The translations under genes and the position numbers were made by a program. The notes beneath the pieces were generated by a model. It saw only the letters and a program-made list of their open reading frames with translations. It had not been told where the DNA came from and ran no database searches. Of a stretch of 64,000 bases of DNA, positions 31,719 through 40,749 are shown one piece after another. Each line of letters begins with the position of its first letter. The first letter of the stretch is position 1. The stretch lies in the NCBI GenBank assembly GCA_963666285.1, contig OY762711.1. One strand, 5' to 3'. Origin of the DNA: Sedimentisphaerales bacterium. Its GTDB lineage: Bacteria > Planctomycetota > Phycisphaerae > Sedimentisphaerales > SM23-30.

Positions 31719-32141
31719 TTAACTGTTTGCCGTTGCTCTGTAAAAACGGCCGGTAGCTTCAGCTTTTGTTTTATTGCCTTGGCATATTTGAGCTTTTAAA
31801 CTATATAATCCGTGCGATTCACTAACCAGCCACGCGTTAACCTCAGTTTCGACTTCTATTTCGATGGCGTGCCGATATTTTGTGGTTAGTTCTATTGTTA
31901 AAGCTTTGATACCCAGGGCAAACAGGCAGTGTACCATGGCACAATCAAGAATGGAAGCTGTGATGCCGCCATGAACAATGCCGTTGTAACCCTGATATTT
32001 TTTGTCAATCTTAAATATTGAAGCAACTTTATCGTTTTCGATGTTAAACCTTAATCCCAAACCTTCATTACAATTGTCACCGCAGGCAAAGCATCTACTA
32101 TGTACCTCTTGGCTAAGTTGCTGCATTAATTCTAAATTCAT
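31719..32141 (-). CDS. PaaI-family thioesterase
   Basis: CFACG...GL, YQGYNGIVHGGITASILD. Confidence 0.85.
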   Translation of the reverse strand: MNLELMQQLSQEVHSRCFACGDNCNEGLGLRFNIENDKVASIFKIDKKYQGYNGIVHGGITASILDCAMVHCLFALGIKALTIELTTKYRHAIEIEVETEVNAWLVSESHGLYSLKAQICQGNKTKAEATGRFYRATANS

Positions 32142-32184
32142 TTGAAGCTTTTTCTAGTCGCATATTATTGTTTGAGAAGTTTTA

Positions 32185-32520
32185 TTAATGGTCGCACGCA
32201 TTAATGCCTGTTTCCAGGCTGTTGTCGAGGTAAGCCTGTACGACAGCAGTTGCTTCCATAGCGGGAGCGCCTGTAATAACACTTATCTGGTGCTGGCTGA
32301 AAATGGCTTGTGCCCGCTGTCCCATTCCACCGGCGATAATAGTATTTACTGACATTTCAGCCAGCCATGCCGGTAGGACTCCTGGTTCATGAGGTGGTGG
32401 GGTATGTTCAGAGCTGGTAGAAATTGTGTTATCTTCATTGATTTCAAATATAATGAATTTTTCGCAATGGCCAAAGTGCATGCAAAGTTCACCGTTTACT
32501 GTTGGTAGTGCTATTTTCAT
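32185..32520 (-). CDS. NifB/NifX-family metal-cluster binding protein
   Basis: HFGHCEKF, PPPHEPG, IAGGMG, C-terminal NACDH. Confidence 0.85.
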   Translation of the reverse strand: MKIALPTVNGELCMHFGHCEKFIIFEINEDNTISTSSEHTPPPHEPGVLPAWLAEMSVNTIIAGGMGQRAQAIFSQHQISVITGAPAMEATAVVQAYLDNSLETGINACDH

Positions 32521-32536
32521 GAATAACTCCTTATGA

Positions 32537-33370
32537 TTATTTTTTATGTATTTTGCTAAGTAAAGTTTCTACGATTTTTCCCAGTTCATCCTGGACAACA
32601 TCTGTTGTTTTGCTTTCAGAAATAGACATGCCTGCATCACCACCGGTTGCAATGCCTGGATCAATTGGCAGACTGCCCAGTAAGGTCAGGCCGCTTTCTT
32701 CTGACAGTTGTTTACCACCATCGGATTTGAAAATGTCAAACTTTTCTCCGCAATGAGGGCATACTACAGATGACATATTTTCGATTAATCCCCATATTGG
32801 CAGCATTACCTGGTTGCAGAATGTCAGGCATTTACGTACATCGCCAATTGAAACTGCTTGTGGAGTGGTTACTACCACGGCGCCGGCATTGATTCCGACT
32901 AATTGTGCCGCGCTTAACGGTTCATCACCAGTTCCGGGCGGTGAATCGATTACCAGGTAATCCAGTTCGCCCCAGTCTGTATTAGCCAGCAGTTGCTGTA
33001 TGACTGAGTTTTTCATTGGTCCCCGCCATATTACGGCTTTGTTGATATCATCCAGCAGGAAGTCTATTGACATTACTTTCAATGTCTCAGACACAACTAT
33101 AGGGATGAGTGTTTCATTGTCGCCGTGACATCTCTGGCCGCTTAAGCCGGTCATTCTTGGTACACTTGGTCCATGAAGGTCAATGTCAAGCAGGCCGGTT
33201 TTATATCCTTTTTTACTCAGCTCAACAGCCAGGTTAACTGCTACTGTACTTTTGCCTACACCGCCTTTACCGCTCAAGACGAGTATTTTTTTGCCGATAG
33301 CATTCATTACTCGTTCAAGTTTTTCTTTATCCGCCTGCGGATGCCCGTGAGTACCGCTATCTTGTACCAT
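32537..33370 (-). CDS. Mrp/NBP35 (ApbC) Fe-S carrier ATPase
   Basis: SGKGGVGKST, DIDLHGPS, WRGPMK, DSPPGTGD, ENMS...CPHC. Confidence 0.92.
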   Translation of the reverse strand: MVQDSGTHGHPQADKEKLERVMNAIGKKILVLSGKGGVGKSTVAVNLAVELSKKGYKTGLLDIDLHGPSVPRMTGLSGQRCHGDNETLIPIVVSETLKVMSIDFLLDDINKAVIWRGPMKNSVIQQLLANTDWGELDYLVIDSPPGTGDEPLSAAQLVGINAGAVVVTTPQAVSIGDVRKCLTFCNQVMLPIWGLIENMSSVVCPHCGEKFDIFKSDGGKQLSEESGLTLLGSLPIDPGIATGGDAGMSISESKTTDVVQDELGKIVETLLSKIHKK

Positions 33371-33374
33371 ATTG

Positions 33375-35177
33375 TTATTTCCTTATTGCTTTATTAATGT
33401 TTTGCCATATTGCTGTTATTTCCCTGGCAGTTTTACTGTCAGGGGAGTATTCAACTACAGTTTGTTTTTCTGACATGGCATTACAGAATACTTCATTATA
33501 TGATATTCTGCCGAGTAAATCTATATTGTTATTATTGGCAAAATTAATTATCTTAGTGCTCATTTCTTCATTTAAATCGGCTTTGTTAATGACGATACCG
33601 GCAGGTAGTCTGAAGTGCCTGCAAAGATCATATATCATGGTCAGGTCATGAAGTCCGGACACCGTTGGTTCTGCTGCCAGGACTACATATTTGACTCCGC
33701 CTACTGAAGCAATCACAGGGCAGCCTGTACCAGGTGAGCCGTCGATAATTACATAGTTATTCTTGTCTATCAGCTCACCGGCTTTGTTGCGTACCAGTGT
33801 TACCAGTTTGCCGGAATTGGACTTGCCGGGGACAAGTGTTGCATGACTCATTTTTCCACTTCGTATGTTTGATTCATACCATCGACCATCAATTCCAGGT
33901 CTGCCGAATATGGCGTTTCTTGGACACAGCTCGACACATGCGCCACAACCTTCACATTTATCTTCGTCGATCTGGTATCCGTAGCTTCCGGTTCGTTTAA
34001 CCGCTCCGAATTTACATATGTATAAGCAGTCTCCGCAAGGATGGCATTTACTATTATCAATATACATTGTTTGACCGCCTGTAAATTCCTTGCATTTTTG
34101 CACTTCCGGTTCAAAGATCAGGTGCATGTCAGCAGCGTCAACATCACAGTCAGCTATTGTTCCTTCTGATAAAACAGCCAGGCATCCGGCCAGTGAAGTT
34201 TTACCGCTGCCGCCTTTTCCGCTTAATACGGCGATTTCAATAACATTTGTATTATGGCTTCCGGTTCCGCTGATTCTACCTGTTGGTTCGGCCTGAAATA
34301 CACCTTTGCATTCGATAGGTTCATTTTTGGCTGGTTTCTGTTTTAAGATAATATCAGCTGCTGTTTTAAAGGCAGCTTTTATCTCCGGCATACTATTAAC
34401 TGCTAATTCACCTCTGGAATATTTTTCGGCAATTTCTCTGCTATCGGGTAAAGTCACCAGGATTTCCAGTTCTTCTTCTTCACACCATTTTGTAAGTGAT
34501 TTCAAGTCCCCTAATCCAGACCTGTTAATGAGAATTAGTGGTTCAATACCGAGAGATCGGCACATGCCGACAGAAAGTTTCATGTCATGTGTGCCAAATG
34601 GGGTAGGATCACCAACTACTACTGTTATATCTGCGTCTTGCACTGTATGAACTGCAGGGCAGCTTGTCCCCGGAGGGGAATCGTATATAGTGATGTTATC
34701 AGATAGATTTTCCTTTAGGGAATCTATCAATTTGGTTGTCATGCCGCCGGAACCTGTTGCGAGTTCTGCCCATTTCAAACTTATATTATCTTTTGTGCCG
34801 CAATATGTTGTGCCGATCTTTTTCTGGCTTTTTATCATTGCCTGCTGTTTGCAAACAACCTCACAAGCACCGCAGTACCGGCATAACTCGTTGAATACCA
34901 TAACCTTTTCTTTGCCTACGACAATAGCATTCATAAAGCATATTTTGCCGCAGTTTCCGCAAAGTACACATTTATCCATATCTACAGAATCAATACAATC
35001 AGCATATTGTACTATTTCTTTTGTTTCATCGGGTTTAATAAATAAATGTGCATTTGCACCTTCAACATCGCAGTCAATATATTCGACAGGTTGTTGTTCA
35101 CTTAAGACCTTTGCCAGGCAGGTGGCAGCAAAGGTCTTGCCGCTCCCGCCTTTTCCACTTGTAATAGCTATTTTCAT
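33375..35177 (-). CDS. Tandem-fused MinD-like P-loop ATPase with 4Fe-4S ferredoxin inserts (two COG1149-type modules)
   Basis: Two GKGGSGKT/DCDV/CxxCxxCxxxC/D(S/G)(P/S)PGT(S/G)CP modules in one ORF; likely start MKIAI. Confidence 0.85.
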   Translation of the reverse strand: MKIAITSGKGGSGKTFAATCLAKVLSEQQPVEYIDCDVEGANAHLFIKPDETKEIVQYADCIDSVDMDKCVLCGNCGKICFMNAIVVGKEKVMVFNELCRYCGACEVVCKQQAMIKSQKKIGTTYCGTKDNISLKWAELATGSGGMTTKLIDSLKENLSDNITIYDSPPGTSCPAVHTVQDADITVVVGDPTPFGTHDMKLSVGMCRSLGIEPLILINRSGLGDLKSLTKWCEEEELEILVTLPDSREIAEKYSRGELAVNSMPEIKAAFKTAADIILKQKPAKNEPIECKGVFQAEPTGRISGTGSHNTNVIEIAVLSGKGGSGKTSLAGCLAVLSEGTIADCDVDAADMHLIFEPEVQKCKEFTGGQTMYIDNSKCHPCGDCLYICKFGAVKRTGSYGYQIDEDKCEGCGACVELCPRNAIFGRPGIDGRWYESNIRSGKMSHATLVPGKSNSGKLVTLVRNKAGELIDKNNYVIIDGSPGTGCPVIASVGGVKYVVLAAEPTVSGLHDLTMIYDLCRHFRLPAGIVINKADLNEEMSTKIINFANNNNIDLLGRISYNEVFCNAMSEKQTVVEYSPDSKTAREITAIWQNINKAIRK

Positions 35178-35282
35178 TTTATTAAAATATAGTTGCGGCT
35201 TTGAATTTGCAGAGACACTCACAGTGACTGTGGTTTGTGTTTCATACTAAAACATTGCCGCAACTGAGTACAAAAATATCAA

Positions 35283-35564
35283 TTAATATCCGCCGCCTCG
35301 AATTCGTTTGCGGCTGCCGTCACAGAAACCTCTACCAAATCCACCGCCTCGGCGACGTCCCATGCCGCGACCGAAACCGGCTTGTTGTGCAAATCCTCGT
35401 CCAAAGTTTGCATTAAAACTTTGATTTGGTATTTGGCTGGTTTCCTGTTCAGTTTCATTATTAGCGTTTACGTTATCTGTAGAGTAAGCTCCGTTACATC
35501 TACCCATACCGCGACCTGTCATAGGCCCCTGGCCATTTGGTCCAGTTCCATCAAAACGTGGCAT
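35283..35564 (-). CDS. DUF5320-family Gly/Arg-rich protein
   Basis: MPRFDGTGPNGQGPMTGRGMGRC N-terminus. Confidence 0.8.
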   Translation of the reverse strand: MPRFDGTGPNGQGPMTGRGMGRCNGAYSTDNVNANNETEQETSQIPNQSFNANFGRGFAQQAGFGRGMGRRRGGGFGRGFCDGSRKRIRGGGY

Positions 35565-35601
35565 GTTACACCTGCCTTTCTTTATGTTGTTTGTTGCATA
35601 C

Positions 35602-36468
35602 TCAAACACATTGTAGGTTGGTTTGAGTTATTATCATATCACCCAGGTTACATTCCAGTTCTCTGGCGACAACCGGGCATTTTGCCTTCAATAAGAAGAA
35701 TATATTTTTGTCAATATGATTGAGTGTTTCAAAATTTCCCTGACCCTTGGCGATTATAAGGTCTGCCTTTTCGAATTCCTTTAGAAAGTTGTCTGAACAT
35801 AGCTCCAGTACTGTTCCTGGTGCATTGGTACCATTGTCGATGACTTTTACCATTTGTGGTAGACCTGTAAGTCTTGCATCTTCAATTGTTACATCGTTCA
35901 GGATAGGCATTCCGCGAACAACCGCGGTCACTTTTTCCGTAGGCATCAATTCGATCAGTAATTTATCAAATACTACTTCTCCAGCATTATCCAGCAGGTA
36001 CAAAATATTTTCAGCTTTGGTTACGGCTTTTTGAAGCTCTTTGACTTTTTCAGTGTTTAATTTGCTGGTTAATGATTCTGTTATTGCTGCTTCAATTGTT
36101 TCATCCGAGACGTAACTTGTGACGCCAAAGTCGATTATATTTCCGGCAATTGCCAGTCGAATGGCTGTCTCAAATTTACATTCAGAGTTTTCTATTTTTT
36201 CATGCAGCTCATCCAGCAGTCTCAATGCCACCTTATCAGAGTTTTCTTTTATTTCTTTATAAGCATCTATGCCGCCGGTATGTTTGTTTATTATTTCCTG
36301 TATTTTTTGACTCAGTACCGGCGGGCTGTTTTCAAAATCCAGTTTACTGGCGGCAATTAGAGCTTCACGCATAATCTTTTCGCGAATTTCCTGATCGTTA
36401 ACTGTTTTTGCTGCCACAGTATATGCCTGGCGTATTAGGCAAGGCACACATTCCAAAAAAGTTTTCAT
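35602..36468 (-). CDS. DUF89/ARMT1-like damage-control phosphatase
   Basis: ECVPC, AGNIIDFG, DNAGEVVFD, KGQGNFETL, KAKC. Confidence 0.88.
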   Translation of the reverse strand: MKTFLECVPCLIRQAYTVAAKTVNDQEIREKIMREALIAASKLDFENSPPVLSQKIQEIINKHTGGIDAYKEIKENSDKVALRLLDELHEKIENSECKFETAIRLAIAGNIIDFGVTSYVSDETIEAAITESLTSKLNTEKVKELQKAVTKAENILYLLDNAGEVVFDKLLIELMPTEKVTAVVRGMPILNDVTIEDARLTGLPQMVKVIDNGTNAPGTVLELCSDNFLKEFEKADLIIAKGQGNFETLNHIDKNIFFLLKAKCPVVARELECNLGDMIITQTNLQCV

Positions 36469-36504
36469 AAACTACTCGTTCTACTCTCTCTATATACTGA
36501 TAGG

Positions 36505-36870
36505 TTAAACCCAATGTCCTTCAACATTTGCTTCTTTTATTTCTTCCAGTTTGTTAGCTTGAAGGTCGTTTGCTAATTCACGTATTTCCTTACCTTCTAA
36601 CGCTTTAAATACTTTTATGCCATTTCCTGTAAGGGCAGCCATAGCTTTAGGTCCTACATTTAATGCAACCAGTACCTCAACTCCGGCATCAATAATTTGT
36701 TGGGAAGCCTGTAAACCGGCACCTTGAACTGCCTGGGTGTCCTGGGTGTTTGAGATATAGGACCATTCTTTGCTATTAGTGTCGTAAATTGCAAAGAAAC
36801 CGGCACGTCCAAAACGTACAGAAACTAATGCATCATTACTTTCTTCTTCAACACAGAATGCTATTTTCAT
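36505..36870 (-). CDS. NifB/NifX-family protein
   Basis: RFGRAGFF, GAGLQASQ, VGPKA, NVEGHW. Confidence 0.85.
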   Translation of the reverse strand: MKIAFCVEEESNDALVSVRFGRAGFFAIYDTNSKEWSYISNTQDTQAVQGAGLQASQQIIDAGVEVLVALNVGPKAMAALTGNGIKVFKALEGKEIRELANDLQANKLEEIKEANVEGHWV

Positions 36871-36873
36871 ATT

Positions 36874-37185
36874 TTATTCCTCGCATTTCTTTCTATCAAA
36901 TCTTATGTGACCGCCTTCTATACAGATTGCTTTACCTTCTGCCAGAGCTTCTGCCAGTTTTTTTCTTACACTGGCGTAAATCCTGGTTACTGTCGGGCGT
37001 GAAATATTCATTTTTGCAGCTGCTGTTTCCTGGTCCATTCCCTGGTTGTCCAGCAGATTCATTACTTCGAATTCGTCCAGCGTTATAATGACTCGTTCCA
37101 GCTGCCGAGCTGGGATTCCGGCCGGTTTATACATTACCGATCCCGGCACACTTGAAATTCGTCTGTGTTTATGCGGCCTGGGCAT
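36874..37185 (-). CDS. DUF134 HTH DNA-binding protein
   Basis: MPRP...YKPAGIP, DEFE...D..GMDQE.AA.KMNISRPTV.R, IEGG. Confidence 0.9.
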   Translation of the reverse strand: MPRPHKHRRISSVPGSVMYKPAGIPARQLERVIITLDEFEVMNLLDNQGMDQETAAAKMNISRPTVTRIYASVRKKLAEALAEGKAICIEGGHIRFDRKKCEE

Positions 37186-37227
37186 TAATTACTCCCCGTT
37201 TAATGTTATTTCTATCGTCCTTTTTAT

Positions 37228-37259
37228 ACTACATTATGAACATATGTTCATAATGTAGT
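37228..37259. promoter_or_regulatory. Perfect 32-bp palindrome upstream of the DUF134 operon (candidate operator)
   Basis: ACTACATTATGAACATATGTTCATAATGTAGT equals its own reverse complement. Confidence 0.7.
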
Positions 37260-37345
37260 CAAGAAAAAATCTTTTGGAATATGATGTTTAGATCTGTAAG
37301 TGACTTTGAATAAAGTGGTTGAGGTGAAAAAAGAAATATTTTTTA

Positions 37346-37717
37346 TTAGCCGGCTGCAAGGTGGCAAGGGCAGTTATTATCGTTTTTTAGCTTAGTTTTG
37401 CTTTGGCTTGTCAGCTGTAAAAAGCGGCGGCACTGCTGCAGGCGGTCATAGCCTAGCATGGTGCCAAGTATGAAGTCTTCATCCGGAGTATATTCTGTCA
37501 GGTTAGGTTTGCCTATTGTTGTGATGACATTTACGCACTCTGTTGCACCAAAAAAGACATTTATATTTCCGTTTTTTAACGGGTAAATGACATATGCTAT
37601 CTCATACTTATTGAGCTTCTGTTCAATCTTATCTCTGAATTCAGAAGAAATGGTATGTAAGATCAGGTTTCTCAATCCTTTACGATATTCATATATGTGA
37701 TGATTAAATACTCTCAT
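37346..37717 (-). CDS. DUF2023-family protein
   Basis: HHIYEYRKGLRNL, NVFFG, EDFILGTMLGYD; follows feoB. Confidence 0.85.
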   Translation of the reverse strand: MRVFNHHIYEYRKGLRNLILHTISSEFRDKIEQKLNKYEIAYVIYPLKNGNINVFFGATECVNVITTIGKPNLTEYTPDEDFILGTMLGYDRLQQCRRFLQLTSQSKTKLKNDNNCPCHLAAG

Positions 37718-37805
37718 GTATTTTTCCTATATTCGTGAATGGTTATTGATCCTGTCCTTGTTTGATATTATTTAGGGAATAATATATGTGCGGTCAAGGT
37801 AAGCA

Positions 37806-39869
37806 TTAAGTCCCTATATTTAATGCTGTGCCAACCTGAAATACCAGGGTGGTGAGCCCAAATGCTATAACTGTAAGGCCGACGAACTGGAAAATAGCCC
37901 ATTTCCAGTTTGTCTCTCTTCGACATACTGCCAGAGTGGCCATACACGGTGCACTGATCAGGCAGAACAGCATGATGCAGAAGCCTTGAAGCGGGTTGTA
38001 GTTGTTTTTGAGTTTGTCTCTCAGTGTGTCAGATTCTTCATCTGTTTCACCTACGGAAAAGACGATACCCATTTGAGCGACAAAGACTTCCTTAGCGGCA
38101 AGAGCTCCCAGTAGAGCTGTGCCTATTTTGTAGTCAAAGCCCATTGGTTTGATAACAGGTTCCATCGTTTTACCTATTCTGCCGACGATAGAGTATTCCA
38201 GCTCGGCCTGCTGGACTTGTTCGGCGGTCAATCCTTCCAGTGATTCGGCAGAAGGTTTTGGGTAAACGGTTGCAGCCCATAAAGCGATAGATATCCATAA
38301 GATAACGGTACCGGCTTTTTTGAGGTATAGCCAGCTGCGGTTTGATACATGGATTGACAGGCCTCGTAAAGTCGGCATACGGTAGGGCGGCAGTTCCATC
38401 AGGAAGATTCCGCTCTGGCCTTTGAGTATCGTTCTTCGCAGTATAGCGGCAAGAATAACTGCTAGAATAATTCCTATAACGTACATAAGCCACATAACAA
38501 ATCCTCGCCATTGAACCGGGAAAAAGGCAGGGATAATAAGTGAATAAATTGGCAGCCTGGCACCGCAGCTCATAAGCGGCAGGATGAGAATTGTGGCAAA
38601 TCTACTCTTTTTATCTTCTAATATTCTGGTGCCCATAATTGCCGGTACGGTACAGCCAAAGCCGATGACCATTGGGATAAAGCTTCTGCCGTGCAGTCCG
38701 ATTTTTTTCATGATACGGTCCATGAGGAATGCCGCTCTTGCCATATAGCCGCTGTCTTCGAGCATGGAAATAGCAAGGAAGAGAAGTACGATATTTGGTA
38801 GAAAGACAATTACGCCGCCTACTCCGCCTATTATGCCATCGACAATAAGTGACTTCAGGTGGCCGTCCGGTATTATGTTGGAAATGCCGGTGCTTAGTAT
38901 TCCAAAGCCACTTTCAATCAAGCCCATGAGCGGATCGCCCGCCCAGAAAACCAGTTTGAAGACAAGGTACATCATGAGAAAGAAAATGGGCAGTCCGATA
39001 GCACGGTTAAGTAAGAATGTGTCAATAGTGTCGCTGATGTCGTGGTGACGCTGTGCTGTATGTTTAACAGCCTGTTCGTGTACTCCAGAGATGAACCCGT
39101 AGCGTTTTTCCGCAATAACAACATCAGGCCGGTCACCGAAAAGTTTATCCAGTTTTGAAGCACTTTCGTGGGCAGCTTCGAGAACTTCGATGTTATGTTC
39201 TTTGCTCAAGATATCTTCGTCATGTTCGAGCAGTTTAAGTGCGATCCATCTTCTACCGTATTTTTGTGCAAGGGTGTGATCTTTATTTACGACAGATGAA
39301 AGTTTGTCGAGTTCTTTTTCGATATCGTCGCCATAATTGATCAGGTTTGCAGAGTCAATATTACCGGGATTGTTTGCTTTGTCGATTACCGCATCGAGCA
39401 GTTCGTTCAGGCCTGAACCTTTTGAACCGATAGTAAGTACAACATTTGCGTTAAAGAATTTACTGATTTTAGCAATGTCGAATGTGAAACCCTGTTTTTC
39501 CGCGATGTCTGCCATATTGAGAGCAAGTACCATCGGTACATTAAGTTCCATAATCTGCGTGGTGAGATATAGATTTCTTTCGAAATTGCCAGAATCGATA
39601 ACATTTATAACAACATCCGGTTTTTCCAGGATAAGGTAATCTCTGGCAACAACCTCTTCGACCGAGTTGGCAGCTAACGAATATGTGCCAGGCAGGTCAA
39701 CCAGGTTGACCTGATAATCTTTGTATATTTTAGTGCCTTCTTTTTTTTCTACAGTAACGCCAGGGTAATTTCCAACATTCTGCTTGGCACCAGTAAAAGC
39801 ATTGAATATTGTTGTTTTACCGCTATTAGGATTACCCGCGATAGCTACTGTAAGTTTTTTATTTTGCAT
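37806..39869 (-). CDS. feoB: Ferrous iron transporter B
   Basis: GNPNSGKT, GNYPGVTVE, DLPGTYS, EDSGYMARAAF, GFGC, MSCGARLP, MELPPYRMP. Confidence 0.95.
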   Translation of the reverse strand: MQNKKLTVAIAGNPNSGKTTIFNAFTGAKQNVGNYPGVTVEKKEGTKIYKDYQVNLVDLPGTYSLAANSVEEVVARDYLILEKPDVVINVIDSGNFERNLYLTTQIMELNVPMVLALNMADIAEKQGFTFDIAKISKFFNANVVLTIGSKGSGLNELLDAVIDKANNPGNIDSANLINYGDDIEKELDKLSSVVNKDHTLAQKYGRRWIALKLLEHDEDILSKEHNIEVLEAAHESASKLDKLFGDRPDVVIAEKRYGFISGVHEQAVKHTAQRHHDISDTIDTFLLNRAIGLPIFFLMMYLVFKLVFWAGDPLMGLIESGFGILSTGISNIIPDGHLKSLIVDGIIGGVGGVIVFLPNIVLLFLAISMLEDSGYMARAAFLMDRIMKKIGLHGRSFIPMVIGFGCTVPAIMGTRILEDKKSRFATILILPLMSCGARLPIYSLIIPAFFPVQWRGFVMWLMYVIGIILAVILAAILRRTILKGQSGIFLMELPPYRMPTLRGLSIHVSNRSWLYLKKAGTVILWISIALWAATVYPKPSAESLEGLTAEQVQQAELEYSIVGRIGKTMEPVIKPMGFDYKIGTALLGALAAKEVFVAQMGIVFSVGETDEESDTLRDKLKNNYNPLQGFCIMLFCLISAPCMATLAVCRRETNWKWAIFQFVGLTVIAFGLTTLVFQVGTALNIGT

Positions 39870-39884
39870 TGTATCAATCCTGTA

Positions 39885-40646
39885 CTATTGCTGTTCGACA
39901 ATGATGTTAACCGCTTCGTTTTTTCTGATAGATAAATGGTACCCTTTAACCTTAATCTCTATAGGGTCGCCAAGCGGCGCTACTCTCTCAACCTCAATGA
40001 CTGTGCCGCGGCTAATGCCCATTTCGGCCAGTCGTTTTGATGCAGAAGACCCTCTTTTGACTCTTTGGACGATACATTTATTGCCGGGTTTGATGTCCAG
40101 CAGGGTTTGGGGTTCGGTTTCATCGGTCATCTTTGCAATTTCCTTTTTGTGTCTGTTTGCGGTATCCTCAAGGCATGTCTGACAGGATTCCGAGCTGCTG
40201 AGGTGCAGTTTCTGGGTATAGCTTTGGAATCTATCGACCCAGTTTTTGCCGCATTTAGGACATGCCTGGATGAATTCAGAAAATAGTATTATCCGATCGA
40301 TAATCTCGTCCGGGACAGCGTGTTCCATCTCACAAGCTCCTTTTTCGGCAATGTCGGAATTGACGCCCAGTATGTTTTCGAAAAAGTCGCTTAGAGTTTC
40401 GTGTTTTCTGATAATTTCGAGTGCTTTTTCCTGGCCTTCCGGAGTAATGGAGATGAGTTCGTAAGGTGCATAGTTTATAAGTTTCATTTTTGTAAGGGCT
40501 TGTAGAGCGCCGGTGACAGATCCGGCCTTGACGTTAAGCCTGTCAGCGATGTCCTTTGCCCGTGCAGCTCCTTTATCGGCGACTATCAGGTAAATAGTTT
40601 CCAGGTAGTCTTCCAGGCTGGCACTAAGTTGTATGTTTTTAGTCAT
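39885..40646 (-). CDS. DtxR/MntR-family metal-dependent repressor with C-terminal FeoA domain
   Basis: SLEDYLETIY, ACEMEH, C-terminal RLAEMGI...APLGDPIEIKVKGY. Confidence 0.9.
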   Translation of the reverse strand: MTKNIQLSASLEDYLETIYLIVADKGAARAKDIADRLNVKAGSVTGALQALTKMKLINYAPYELISITPEGQEKALEIIRKHETLSDFFENILGVNSDIAEKGACEMEHAVPDEIIDRIILFSEFIQACPKCGKNWVDRFQSYTQKLHLSSSESCQTCLEDTANRHKKEIAKMTDETEPQTLLDIKPGNKCIVQRVKRGSSASKRLAEMGISRGTVIEVERVAPLGDPIEIKVKGYHLSIRKNEAVNIIVEQQ

Positions 40647-40661
40647 GAAAAAGCCTTTCTT

Positions 40662-40694
40662 TTAGTCCTATCTAATTTTATAAGGCCAGCCTAA
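40662..40694. promoter_or_regulatory. Two DtxR/MntR-type boxes upstream of the repressor-feoB operon
   Basis: TTAGTCCTATCTAA (40662-40675) and TAAGGCCAGCCTAA (40681-40694), TTAG-N6-CTAA-like dyads. Confidence 0.6.
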
Positions 40695-40749
40695 CTTTGT
40701 CAATATTTTTTTATTTTTTGGAGGTTTCAAGGGAGAGGTGTTTTTCATA

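Noticed and set aside
32185..36870. Nitrogen fixation genes
   Set aside because: Only stand-alone NifB/NifX-like domains in a DUF134/Mrp operon; no nifHDK in the window
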